IMG/VR virus record: IMGVR_UViG_3300017788_003020
Coordinates: 15,625-79,624 of that record
Strand: one strand, 5' to 3'
From: a virus
Length of the DNA stretch: 64,000 nt
Positions within the stretch are counted from its first letter, which is position 1. The number at the start of each line of letters is the position of its first letter. The position numbers and the translations under genes were made by a program. The notes beneath the pieces were generated by a model, which ran no database searches, had not been told where the DNA came from, and saw only the letters and a list, made by a program, of their open reading frames with translations. This document shows, piece by piece, positions 49,701 to 59,484 of this stretch.

Positions 49701-50207
49701 TACAACCCTAACCATATTGCTATAAGCGATAATGTTTTGAATAATCTGCTTACAAACTATCAAGATAAATTAGGTTTCTACCCGAATGATAGGTATCTAA
49801 TTGGTAAGAAAACTTGTGGTTCTTATCTTATGGTTGCCCCAGCTTCTACGCAACAGATGATGGCAAATGGAACAGATTTCAGGTCTAATTATATTCTACA
49901 ACAAGGTGAAGATAATGCAATTAGAATACCTGTTATATTCCAATTTAGAATGACTGATTATTTTGGTGTAGGGAATACAGGGACTGGAAAAGTTGGAGGA
50001 TTTGACACTCAAAACCCAAATGTTAATCTAACAAATGTTACTTATGGTAAAAAGATAGGTATGGATATTTTCGTTAAAGATGAAGGAACATTCAGCTTTG
50101 ATTTAACCGTAAAAGCAAGTTACAAGAGAGAAAGTTTAACACAGGTCGTTCAATCCCCAGGATTCATAGACAGAACAAGAAGAACTATTAGAGATTTCTT
50201 CTCATAA
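46722..50207 (+). CDS. Large virion structural protein (baseplate/tail-associated)
   Basis: 1161-aa ORF; GATATATA at 46675; central coiled coil. Confidence 0.65.
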   Translation: MTPADNSLHDILQELMRTHANSIEILSKFSEAFTSTTESVTVNLKTDSGQTTSYQVPSLGFLQSEIKRLEENVRGLAGLDSGSANIRLEDGTYKRIMTSSTNQEPSRIGNVTVPSSFSRRNNWFFDNFINPMLMVSFDVSNYVSSNIRNVWYRRVIVNTDTDEKRQIFDDNIRGRNDIEYETLMLFLNARGMNHFVDEDEYRFPPSVSQFTGTFDVISILNTDTASSGNIRSYRLNKLTYTNNLSPNVDTETLKIGDIVATKGGARYRVEEVNKIENTVRLTLTSGYELISIGTDVLYIISDALTIRQVEVSVGHDERQVIFFRPVDSGTQVASTKWSPGVGIYSNELRIRTADSEMSLDDYYRTYCIDFGSQLLDAAKNKPVPKILGIKPDAPTLRTEDFKVLVINEHKTQSQDSETLRQKFSEKTRLQSEIQQLDSAISKTKEEIQTSNNATSFDKRALTNKLNALVEKRNSLSSLYSTTVRELGALSTTTVATESPKYRIRGFFPIPSPKVENKTGQQQIIQFIVQYRYLRLDGTATGPKSFEFVDSSGNTIKGYYSEWNEVQSPIRKQFYDEVSQRYIWANEDVNDPESVNINQVDIPISPNEKVEIRVASVSEAGYPTNPMKSDYSQSITITFPTELIPSNEVTLLKETQMELNKVEVIEDLNSKGLDIVLSNVFTQGDQVFVAKGESVASGFVSDAGSPVSVYEKFKAMEQQISILNSMVTSGRGKLDVYILDEANNRYSISNGGAIELNAGFYSEIVQQFPESERKGAIVTMKYCIVIENLNPTPLELVTRFPGGINQKLQTLYGTGNSEYSGRDYHLAPLLYNDVPLELLTRSSAYWNAPYMSSQVPSQYAYLRGRGLGLTQSDELYKSTGLEDRHLFPTRDLNSGININEAFVWNNTTALSAPPQAITKITDFCIHVDHPEIALGSSKSYSQLVYPQVSSLTSTQINPRIRHSNLFYLKIDEPDGLKQLSYKPSNWSQAPSPTNYNPNHIAISDNVLNNLLTNYQDKLGFYPNDRYLIGKKTCGSYLMVAPASTQQMMANGTDFRSNYILQQGEDNAIRIPVIFQFRMTDYFGVGNTGTGKVGGFDTQNPNVNLTNVTYGKKIGMDIFVKDEGTFSFDLTVKASYKRESLTQVVQSPGFIDRTRRTIRDFFS

Positions 50208-50232
50208 CAAATATTCTACATAAAATCATAAA

Positions 50233-53200
50233 ATGGCAAAATTAGAGTTTACAAGTTTAGATACTGTATTATTTTCAAAAGAAGATGTTTTTTTCGTTAC
50301 TATAAAAAAGAATATAGCTCAATTAAACGATAATGATGAAATACTCGTTTGGTTTGAAAATAATACTACATCCAAACCAGAATACTGGAATATAGAACGG
50401 GATTTTGATTGCTCCGATTATACATCGAGAACAAACTCCTTTTCTTTGTATTCTCCGAAAACTCAAACAGACACTATATCTTTAGCCATATCTTTGAAAA
50501 AGGACATAGAGCTTCCTGTTTCTACTTCACTTACAATTAGATGTGAATTATCTTCTGTTGATGAGATAAGTAAGCCATCGACAACTATTTATTATCAATC
50601 TACTTACAATCCATTTTCAGAATCAGATTCTATTTATAGTTCTAATTCAAACTATAATATTCCAGATAGTTCTGATGGAACAAAACAACTACTTAGGACT
50701 AATCCAAAGTTGTCTGGTAATATTAAAATAACGGTAGATTCTAATGATAATGTTTGGTTAAATACCATAGATGCAAACATAGACTTATCGGCAAATAAAT
50801 TCAAAAAGTATAAAGTATCTTCAAATAATACATACGCATACGATTTAAGAAACTTATTAGATAATGGAAATATAGAACCCAAGACTCTTTTTTTCATGGA
50901 TGGTCAAGATAATAGCTCTGTTAAATCAGAGTATAAAGAACAATATAAAACTCAATATTGGAGCGGTTCTGAGTATCTATCGAGTTTATTTTATGATGAA
51001 GAGTTTTCAGTCTTTGCTCCACTTTGGATAGATGAAAATATACCAGATTTTTTTGTTGTATTTTCTTCAAATTATATCACAAACGATAATCAAAAAGACT
51101 TTACCCATAATTTCAAACAATCTATCATAAAAAATTCAAAGATAGTAAAGGTATTCTCACTTAAAGAAGGAACGGTTATAGGAAATTATATTCGAGGGAT
51201 AGTTAATTCACCTTCATATAAATCCACTCCAATTAGTGTTGTCTTTAATGAATTGCCTACTATAACATATAGAGGAATTGATTACAAGAATGGGGTTTTT
51301 GCAGAAAAAGATGTTTTAATAGATGACTTGGTTGAAAATGATTCTCCAATATCATTTTTTGAGAAAAAAATTATAGAAGGTTTTGAAAAGAATGGTTTGA
51401 TTTCATATAATCTATTAAATCTTGAATTTTTATTTGATGATACACAAGCACATGAATATGATATAAATAGATATTTTGGATTTTATGTTTCAGAAAATGA
51501 ACTCTCTAAATTTGTTATAGATGGGGGTTCTATGAGTGAGTTATATCCTTGGATTCCTAAAAATAAATTTAACATTGATAATAGTTCAAATGTAACAATC
51601 TACGATGAAAGTGGGATATCTATAATAGCAGATTTACATACAAACGATTTAACAAATATTCCAAGTTCTTCTCTTATTTCAGACTTAGAGCATATTTTTT
51701 ATATCAAAGGAAAATTCAATCTTTATAAGATAGATGACTCTGAGATTATTCAAAATAGAGGAACTGGCAATGAAATAAAAACAGCAGGTAAGTTAAAAAC
51801 ATCTCAGAAGAGAATTGATTTATCGGATATAACTGGATTTAGTTCGACAAAGATTATAGCAAAATCCGAATTAAAAGATAATTTAGGATTTCCTTTTCAT
51901 ATCAAAAACTCTGATAAATTCAGAGACTCCGATTCTATAAGTTTTATTTATCAAAAGGGAGATAAACAAAAAGAGTGGAAAGTTATAGCTAATTCGTATG
52001 CTGTTTCAAAAGGCTCTACTCTTGAACAGGAATTCATATCAAATCCTGTTAATGTAAATCAGTCTTTAGGGATAGATTCTGTTGTCTCTTATGGAGAATA
52101 CAATATAGGTAAATTTATTTTGCCAGATTTGTTAGATTTTTCGATAGGTTCGAGTGTTTTATTGGATTTTGGATATAAGATTATTAGTGCAACTCCTTAT
52201 TCTCAAAAAACAGTAACGCTTTCAAGTGGAACTAATACATTTACAGTTGCATCTACTTCTAATCTTTATGTAAATCAACCTTTGTATGGAACTGGAATAC
52301 AGGCAAATACCTATATCACAAATGTAAATACCACTACAAACACTATTACAATATCTCAAAATGCAACAACATCAGGTTCTTCTACTATTACCTTTTCAGC
52401 TTCTATCATAATTAAAGGTAATCATTTAGATAAAGTCTCAGATGGAGATGAAATAAGCATTAAAGATGTAATTAATTTGACTCCTTATTATTTTTCTGTA
52501 AATAATGATACTTTTACTATTTCTGGAAATACCGTAATACCTTTACAAAATGTTCAATCTATTTCAAATATAGTTTCAACTCCTCATAATTTTTTAGTTA
52601 GACTTTCTGGCTTCAAAATTGTAAGTGCTACTAATTCTATTCTAAAAGAAACTACTCTTATATCAGGAACAAACATTTTTACAGTTTCATCCGTAACAGG
52701 TATAAGCGTCCACCAACCAGTATTTGGAAATGGCATCCAAGAGGGAAGTTATGTTACCGCTATCAATACAATGACTAATGCGGTTAGTATATCCAAGAAT
52801 GCTACTATAACTGGATTCAGCAATATTACATTTGGTTCTTCAATAAAGATAGAAGGAAATTACGCTTCTATTAATTTGAATGGCTCTAAAGTTACGGTTA
52901 AAGAATTGCCAACAGAGCTTACTTATCAATTATACTTAAATGCAGATGCAATAAATGTTTCAACTTATACTATTTTACCTCTTGAAAATGCATCTATAAT
53001 TGATAATATCATATCAGACCCTATTGAATATTCTTTACGATTCTCGGTTGATATAACAGATGTATTCAAATCAAAGTCATGTGAGATTGTAGATGTAGAA
53101 AAAGACTTGGATTATTATAAAACGACTTTGTCTATAAAAGATTCTACTAAGTCTATATTGAATGATGTCAACAACACAGATGATATTTTTGTTCATATTT

Positions 53201-56200
53201 ACTACTACAATGAAACAATCTATAATTACTTCAATCCTGAGGGTTCGACCAAAGATTATTTACAATCAATAGTCAATGCGTTTAATACATTTGATAATAA
53301 GAATTTTACTATAACAGCAACAGATGATTCTTTTATCATCCGTTCTAATTTTGAAGATGGTTCTCTCTACAAAATTAGGGTAGATTTATTGGGTAGTTCG
53401 ACAGAAGTAAGTAATATACTTATACATAATATTCAAAGCGTTGGGTTGGAATATTCAAAAGATTCTTCAAACAATCCAATCTATAAGAAAATCATAAATG
53501 TTGAATATAAAAATCCGAAAAATAGAAAGGTTTTTACTGTTCCTAAACAATACTCAAATAATATAACAGGAGAAGAGTGGGTTAGGACAAATAATTCAAA
53601 TAAAAACCTGAAATCATATTCAATACAAAATTCAATAACATACTACTTATACAATGAAAATAGTGATGTTCTTGAATTAGAATTATCAGAACCAATTTTT
53701 CCAGAGCTCGATAATCAATCAAATGTTTCATTTTTGAATTTACATAAGAACTCTCTTGGGGTAATGAGTTTCTTACCTATTTCGGATTTCGATTTTGATT
53801 TTTTTGAATCTGATTATTCTTATTTACCAGCAGAAGAATTAAAAAAATATTTTGCTATCTATTACACAGGAGACCCTATACCCGTCAATAATATTTACAG
53901 GGTATTTTGTGAGTCTGGTGTAAAAATTTCGTTATTTGCCATAACTACCGATGGAGATAAAATTCAGGTTGCTCTTACAAATTCAACAGATGAAAGAACA
54001 ATCTCATTTAATACATCCACAGATTTAATTTCTATACATACAATTCCAGCTTTATATTCGGATACAATAGGAAATGTAGAAGTCAGTCATTTTATTTTTG
54101 AGAATACTAATCCTATAGATAAAGCAAATGAAACTTATTTGCAAAATGTAAGTAGCTGGTCATTAGCAAACATAACTGGTAGAAATGAATCGGAAACACA
54201 AGAATCAGGGTTAATAGGCTTTGAAGGATTTGGAGCTCTAACTGATTTGATAGAACAAACTGAATTAGAAGATATTAAAAGACTTAAAGAACAGAATTCC
54301 ATAGAAAGATTTTCTAATTTCATTTTGGGTAGTGAATATGATTATTTGAGAGAAAATTTCAATAAACATTTATTTGATAAAGGAAGAGTCATTCCTTATA
54401 TCAACAAATGGGTAGCACCTAATTCATCAGATGTTAGAAATAATGAGTATAGACTAAACTTAAATTTAGCGATGGGGGATACAGGTTTTTTCCCTGACTA
54501 TAACATAAAAGATAAAAATCCTATCGTTTTTACTCACGAATGGTATTATTTAGAAGGAATCCCATCTTGGTATTCTTCTGGTGCTGTTGAAAAAGATAGA
54601 AATTATACATTCTCAAAAGTAAATGAAGATGACTTAAAATCTGTAGATTTTGATGGCTTCGTAAGAGCTTTTATTAGAGGAAGTCATAAAGAACTCTATG
54701 AGGGAAATATCTTAAATACAGAATCTAAAAAACTGTATACATATGTTAAATATGATAAGAAGTTAAATAAATCTAATTTCTTCTTTAAGGGTGCTAAATT
54801 TAATTTGAATGTATCTAATCCTTCGGATTATGATAATTGGAAATTCACTGCTGTTTTAAGACCAAAAAGAAAAGAATCATTCGCAAAGGGAGATAATTTA
54901 ACTTATACTCTTGTAGAAAATAAAAAATGGAAATCATTAACATTCATAATAGATGCTTATCTCCCTTCGTATATTTTTCCAGATAGGGGATTAAATCTTT
55001 TAGGTTTATACACATCAGAATCTGCAAAACAAATTTCAATTCAGCATGGCGCTTATGATAAGTTTACATTATCATATTCAGATATACAACTCAGCGGTGG
55101 TTTGATTCCTACATTTAGTAATACTCAGGTCGATGGGATATCTAAGATTTCTATAAATACATCATTAGACTTAAAGAATGAAATCAATAGAGCTGGAAAT
55201 CTGAATTTTAATGATTTAAGATTATTTGGATATGGAAGAAGAGACGTAGATTCATCTTTAAGTAACATTTATCTGCAATTCTATGGAAGAAGCATAGATT
55301 CCATAACAGACAGTAAGGTTTTATTTAATTACAATCCAACAGATAATTTACCAGATGTTGTGCCTACTGATGGCCAAGCTATTGCTTATGAATTTTTAGC
55401 AAGTTCATTACGAGCATTTTATCCACCTATACATGTAGATTATCTATTAGAAACTCCAAACTCATTCTTAAATTCCTCTTCTTATTATGTAAAAGGTGGC
55501 TATAATTTCTTTGAGGATATATTCAAGAATATATCTTTTGCTTCAATTAAAGAAATTATGGAATCTGGTTCTTTTTCTCACACTATCATATCTGAAACAG
55601 GTGATATAACAGAATCTGAAGTAGCATCTGGTATGGGATTTACTTATATCTTACCTTCGATTATTTCTAAAAATAATTTTGTTCAACCTTATCCTGATTC
55701 TGATATACCTTCTGAATTTTTAATAGAAAATATCATAGGTTATTCTTTGGCTACAACAGATTATAGGTTTAGCATTATGAGATATGGTGGAGAATTTATA
55801 CCTAAAACTAAAAACACACTTTATTTCACAGCATCAGAATCTAAAAAATTCTTAGATGAATTTAATGTAAGTCTAAAACCAAATACAAGATTTTTCTATA
55901 ATCACAACAATTTCGGTAAAATTAAAAATCAAGGATTACATAAAGTATCAGATAAGAAGATTTTGGCTCTTGCTGAGTCTCAAAAATACACAAGTGTATA
56001 TCCTCTTCTTGATGAAACAGGTATAGACTATAAAGACTTATCTATAATATCTACGAATTGGGATTATGATTTTTATAGATACTACGATAACAAAAGAACA
56101 TTTAGTTCATTAACTCCACTGAAAGAATCTAATGAAATTAAAGCATTTTTAGGTTCAAAACTTGTCAATACACCAATGACTCTATTAGTTGAGAATTTTA

Positions 56201-56634
56201 CATACAGCACATCTTTAGATAATAGCAAAGATTTCTGGTATGAAATAAATAACTCAATAATAGACATACACCTTCTTCCTTTCAATATACTATTGAAGAC
56301 TTTGAAAACAGATAAGTTTAGAGAAAATATACTCTCTTCGATATCTAATTTGAGGAATACTGAGTTATTTACAGAAGATTTTTTTGACGAATATATACTA
56401 AATAACTTAGTTAAAATATATAGAATATCCTCTGTTAAGTTATTTTACAAAGGCGATAGAAAAGAACAAGACTTATTCTTAAATACAGATGAAGGAACAA
56501 GATTGAATCTTTCATTTACAGAGGTTTCAGGAATTTCCATAGACAATAGAATTGAAGATGTTTTGATAAAGAAAGATATTAGCGACTTATCAAATCCTCA
56601 ATTAAGTTTATCTATAACATTTGAAAAAATATAA
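50233..56634 (+). CDS. Very large virion structural protein (baseplate wedge-like) with an internal duplicated beta domain
   Basis: 2133-aa ORF in a late operon. Confidence 0.65.
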   Translation: MAKLEFTSLDTVLFSKEDVFFVTIKKNIAQLNDNDEILVWFENNTTSKPEYWNIERDFDCSDYTSRTNSFSLYSPKTQTDTISLAISLKKDIELPVSTSLTIRCELSSVDEISKPSTTIYYQSTYNPFSESDSIYSSNSNYNIPDSSDGTKQLLRTNPKLSGNIKITVDSNDNVWLNTIDANIDLSANKFKKYKVSSNNTYAYDLRNLLDNGNIEPKTLFFMDGQDNSSVKSEYKEQYKTQYWSGSEYLSSLFYDEEFSVFAPLWIDENIPDFFVVFSSNYITNDNQKDFTHNFKQSIIKNSKIVKVFSLKEGTVIGNYIRGIVNSPSYKSTPISVVFNELPTITYRGIDYKNGVFAEKDVLIDDLVENDSPISFFEKKIIEGFEKNGLISYNLLNLEFLFDDTQAHEYDINRYFGFYVSENELSKFVIDGGSMSELYPWIPKNKFNIDNSSNVTIYDESGISIIADLHTNDLTNIPSSSLISDLEHIFYIKGKFNLYKIDDSEIIQNRGTGNEIKTAGKLKTSQKRIDLSDITGFSSTKIIAKSELKDNLGFPFHIKNSDKFRDSDSISFIYQKGDKQKEWKVIANSYAVSKGSTLEQEFISNPVNVNQSLGIDSVVSYGEYNIGKFILPDLLDFSIGSSVLLDFGYKIISATPYSQKTVTLSSGTNTFTVASTSNLYVNQPLYGTGIQANTYITNVNTTTNTITISQNATTSGSSTITFSASIIIKGNHLDKVSDGDEISIKDVINLTPYYFSVNNDTFTISGNTVIPLQNVQSISNIVSTPHNFLVRLSGFKIVSATNSILKETTLISGTNIFTVSSVTGISVHQPVFGNGIQEGSYVTAINTMTNAVSISKNATITGFSNITFGSSIKIEGNYASINLNGSKVTVKELPTELTYQLYLNADAINVSTYTILPLENASIIDNIISDPIEYSLRFSVDITDVFKSKSCEIVDVEKDLDYYKTTLSIKDSTKSILNDVNNTDDIFVHIYYYNETIYNYFNPEGSTKDYLQSIVNAFNTFDNKNFTITATDDSFIIRSNFEDGSLYKIRVDLLGSSTEVSNILIHNIQSVGLEYSKDSSNNPIYKKIINVEYKNPKNRKVFTVPKQYSNNITGEEWVRTNNSNKNLKSYSIQNSITYYLYNENSDVLELELSEPIFPELDNQSNVSFLNLHKNSLGVMSFLPISDFDFDFFESDYSYLPAEELKKYFAIYYTGDPIPVNNIYRVFCESGVKISLFAITTDGDKIQVALTNSTDERTISFNTSTDLISIHTIPALYSDTIGNVEVSHFIFENTNPIDKANETYLQNVSSWSLANITGRNESETQESGLIGFEGFGALTDLIEQTELEDIKRLKEQNSIERFSNFILGSEYDYLRENFNKHLFDKGRVIPYINKWVAPNSSDVRNNEYRLNLNLAMGDTGFFPDYNIKDKNPIVFTHEWYYLEGIPSWYSSGAVEKDRNYTFSKVNEDDLKSVDFDGFVRAFIRGSHKELYEGNILNTESKKLYTYVKYDKKLNKSNFFFKGAKFNLNVSNPSDYDNWKFTAVLRPKRKESFAKGDNLTYTLVENKKWKSLTFIIDAYLPSYIFPDRGLNLLGLYTSESAKQISIQHGAYDKFTLSYSDIQLSGGLIPTFSNTQVDGISKISINTSLDLKNEINRAGNLNFNDLRLFGYGRRDVDSSLSNIYLQFYGRSIDSITDSKVLFNYNPTDNLPDVVPTDGQAIAYEFLASSLRAFYPPIHVDYLLETPNSFLNSSSYYVKGGYNFFEDIFKNISFASIKEIMESGSFSHTIISETGDITESEVASGMGFTYILPSIISKNNFVQPYPDSDIPSEFLIENIIGYSLATTDYRFSIMRYGGEFIPKTKNTLYFTASESKKFLDEFNVSLKPNTRFFYNHNNFGKIKNQGLHKVSDKKILALAESQKYTSVYPLLDETGIDYKDLSIISTNWDYDFYRYYDNKRTFSSLTPLKESNEIKAFLGSKLVNTPMTLLVENFTYSTSLDNSKDFWYEINNSIIDIHLLPFNILLKTLKTDKFRENILSSISNLRNTELFTEDFFDEYILNNLVKIYRISSVKLFYKGDRKEQDLFLNTDEGTRLNLSFTEVSGISIDNRIEDVLIKKDISDLSNPQLSLSITFEKI

Positions 56635-56650
56635 AATTTAGAGAAAAATC

Positions 56651-58639
56651 ATGCCTACTTTAAGTTTAACAAAACTCGTTACAAGTCAAGATACCTTCGG
56701 TGAAATGATTGAAAAAATCAACACCAATTTTGATATAATATCTCAAGCTCAGGGTATAAAAGGCGAAGAAGGAAAAAGAGGAGCAAATGGCGTTCCAGGG
56801 CCTCCTGGTTTAATCGGGCCACAGGGTATGCAAGGAGCTTCTGGACAAAGAGGAAGTAGATGGCATTTCGCTCCTAATATTAGTTCTTATACAAGTTCTG
56901 ATATAATAAATGGAGACTTTTTCTTAGAAGGAAATTCTGGCGAAGTATATGAAAGAATAACAAATAACTGGTTAGTAAAGGGAACAATTAGTTCGGTTTC
57001 TGCTGGTGGAGAGTCTTCTCTTTTTGATACGTTTGATACAGCAGATGGAACAATCATTAAACCTAAAAAAACAAATTACACATTAGAAATAACAGATATT
57101 GCTTACGACTCTTCATATCAAGCAACTGAATTTGCAAACGCAACAGATACGGCAGATTATACATTTGCAACTATACCACCTGGTTCAACAGCAAGCAAAT
57201 GGCTTCAAGAAATGGGGTTGAAGATTTATACATCAGAAGCGGATTCTTCTAACTCTACTTATTATGGATTTGGTAAGAATATGCACTTAGCAAATTCTTT
57301 AGCTTCTTTGGAAAATACTTCTTTTGGTTGGGATAAAAAGTCTGGATTTACATTAACAGTAGACTGGGATTATGCTTTAGATTCAGTAGATAGACATCTT
57401 GAGGTTTTAAGAATAAAAGGAATGCCATCGGGTAATGTTAATCACAAACAAAGAATAGAACTTTCAGCTGATAGATTGGATATAAATACAGACTATATTT
57501 ATGCTAATGCGCCTCTAAAGTTTTACACAGTAGATAGAACTACTATAACTCCACAATTAGGTACTATAGTGTATGATAGTAATGCTCTATATGCTTATGT
57601 AGGCTCTTCTCCATCATGGCAACCTATACAGACCGTAGCGGGTGGTGCTTCTACTCCTGCATATGATGTTTTCAAAATATTTGATAGTTCGGGTGCCGCA
57701 GATGGTTCACAAAATGCAAGTTCTGGGAATACTACTTTAAGACTGAAAGAAGGAACTGGAATTGTAATAACTTCAACGACTGTAAATGACCCAACTCCAA
57801 AACAAGCTTGGGAAATTGCTCTTGCTGGGGCTGGTTCCCCTGGGACGAATGATTTTGGTTCTGCTAAAGTTTATTTCGACAATGGAACTCAGAATTTCAC
57901 AATATCTGCATCTACACCTGGGTCTATTTTGAAATTTGAAGAGGGCGATGGGATAACGATATCAAATCCTATCGGAACAGATAGGATAAGAATTAGTGCA
58001 ACTGGTGCGATTGCAGGAACTAATACATTCCAAGGGTTTAAGTATAGATTCGGTCAAACTCCATCAGCTTATCCTGTGAATAGTCAACCTTTAAGTACAT
58101 CACCATTATCATTTGCTCTTTCTTCAAATAATGATGGAACGGTAGTAAATGTAAGAACTTTAAGATTTCCAACCGCAACAGATGAGTTGGATTTCCAATT
58201 CCCAGGTACTGTAATAGATAGTGGAAATGAAACATTCTTTCAACCAAATCAAGCTGGATATTGGCAAATTAATGCATTTGCTTTTGGATTATTGCAAGTA
58301 AATGAAACAGAAGACCCATTTGAAATTGGAGCTTATTACACAGTAGCTGGGATGATTCAAAAGAATAGAGAAGTGTTTTCACATGTAGCGATAGCAGAAA
58401 GTTCTTTCATGAATCCATATCACTATTTTGTAGGAATTGCTCAAAATCCAACAGGTGGAACTTTAAGCTCACCTTGGCCAACGTGGACGGTTAATTGTTC
58501 CGATGTTGTATACTTAGATGGGAATGATTATGTATCATTAGGCGTAGGTCTTCTATATTCTCCTGATATTTCTTCTAATATCAATCTTTGGTATATGTCA
58601 GGATTTATTAGTGGTCATTATTTAGGTGATAGACCGTAA
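56651..58639 (+). CDS. Tail fibre-like protein: short collagen segment and C1q-like C-terminal head
   Basis: KINTNF, GxY run then GSRW; C-terminal FQPNQAGYWQIN...VVYLDGNDYVSL...FISGHYL. Confidence 0.65.
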   Translation: MPTLSLTKLVTSQDTFGEMIEKINTNFDIISQAQGIKGEEGKRGANGVPGPPGLIGPQGMQGASGQRGSRWHFAPNISSYTSSDIINGDFFLEGNSGEVYERITNNWLVKGTISSVSAGGESSLFDTFDTADGTIIKPKKTNYTLEITDIAYDSSYQATEFANATDTADYTFATIPPGSTASKWLQEMGLKIYTSEADSSNSTYYGFGKNMHLANSLASLENTSFGWDKKSGFTLTVDWDYALDSVDRHLEVLRIKGMPSGNVNHKQRIELSADRLDINTDYIYANAPLKFYTVDRTTITPQLGTIVYDSNALYAYVGSSPSWQPIQTVAGGASTPAYDVFKIFDSSGAADGSQNASSGNTTLRLKEGTGIVITSTTVNDPTPKQAWEIALAGAGSPGTNDFGSAKVYFDNGTQNFTISASTPGSILKFEEGDGITISNPIGTDRIRISATGAIAGTNTFQGFKYRFGQTPSAYPVNSQPLSTSPLSFALSSNNDGTVVNVRTLRFPTATDELDFQFPGTVIDSGNETFFQPNQAGYWQINAFAFGLLQVNETEDPFEIGAYYTVAGMIQKNREVFSHVAIAESSFMNPYHYFVGIAQNPTGGTLSSPWPTWTVNCSDVVYLDGNDYVSLGVGLLYSPDISSNINLWYMSGFISGHYLGDRP

Positions 58640-58642
58640 AGG

Positions 58643-59470
58643 TTAAAATCCTATAATTCTATACATTATGCCTATTCCTATTTGAGGTGTTATAGAAAAT
58701 GTATTATTTACACCAGCACCTATGTATGGGCCTATAATCCATTTATCTTGTTCTTCTTTAGGAAAATAATCCTTAAACATCATAGGGTCAACAAAGCCTT
58801 CTGGAATCAGATTAGCCTCAGGATAGGAAGTAGATAAAACATATTCATATTTACCATCTGATTCTCTTCTAACCAAAGTAGCCTTTATATTTAATTTCAA
58901 TCTATCTTTTTGAAGAATATCATACTGATGAAATACTTTTGTATTCGGGGTAGCATCTTTGATATAAAACGCACTTTTAGCTTGAACTAATCTTTCCCAG
59001 TCTTTTCCGCCATCTTTGAATGTAAAATTGTGAAATAGAGTATCATTTTTTAATGCAACAGGAGTATTTGAATTTCCTCTGATTGTGTCTCCTTCTAATG
59101 TTCCTTTAATTTCAACAATAGTTTTTGACATTCCTATAACTTTACCCTTCATAGCTTGAACTTCTTCATATAAATCTTTATTTAGATTTTTTAAGTTCTC
59201 TACATCGCTTACAAAACTCAATTTTAGGTATTGTAAACGCCCCAGTTTGTCTTTATCTTGCCTAACTGTATCTTTGAGTGCATCTATGTTATTTTGAGCG
59301 TCCTGAGCCTTTCTGGTGGCTTGTTTTGCTATTTCTTTGGCATTCTCACAGCTCTTTGATGTAAAAATTAGTGCAATTACCAGTAAACCGATTAAAAACC
59401 AATAAAAGTATCTTGAATCTTCTTTCATTTTATTAAAAAAAGAGCTCAATAAATCAAATATAACATTCAT
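58643..59470 (-). CDS. Membrane-anchored coiled-coil protein with terminal beta-hairpin (spanin-like)
   Basis: N-terminal TM, coiled coil, C-terminal GPYIGAGV...QIGIGIMYRIIGF. Confidence 0.5.
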   Translation of the reverse strand: MNVIFDLLSSFFNKMKEDSRYFYWFLIGLLVIALIFTSKSCENAKEIAKQATRKAQDAQNNIDALKDTVRQDKDKLGRLQYLKLSFVSDVENLKNLNKDLYEEVQAMKGKVIGMSKTIVEIKGTLEGDTIRGNSNTPVALKNDTLFHNFTFKDGGKDWERLVQAKSAFYIKDATPNTKVFHQYDILQKDRLKLNIKATLVRRESDGKYEYVLSTSYPEANLIPEGFVDPMMFKDYFPKEEQDKWIIGPYIGAGVNNTFSITPQIGIGIMYRIIGF

Positions 59471-59484
59471 ATAATCACCTTATA

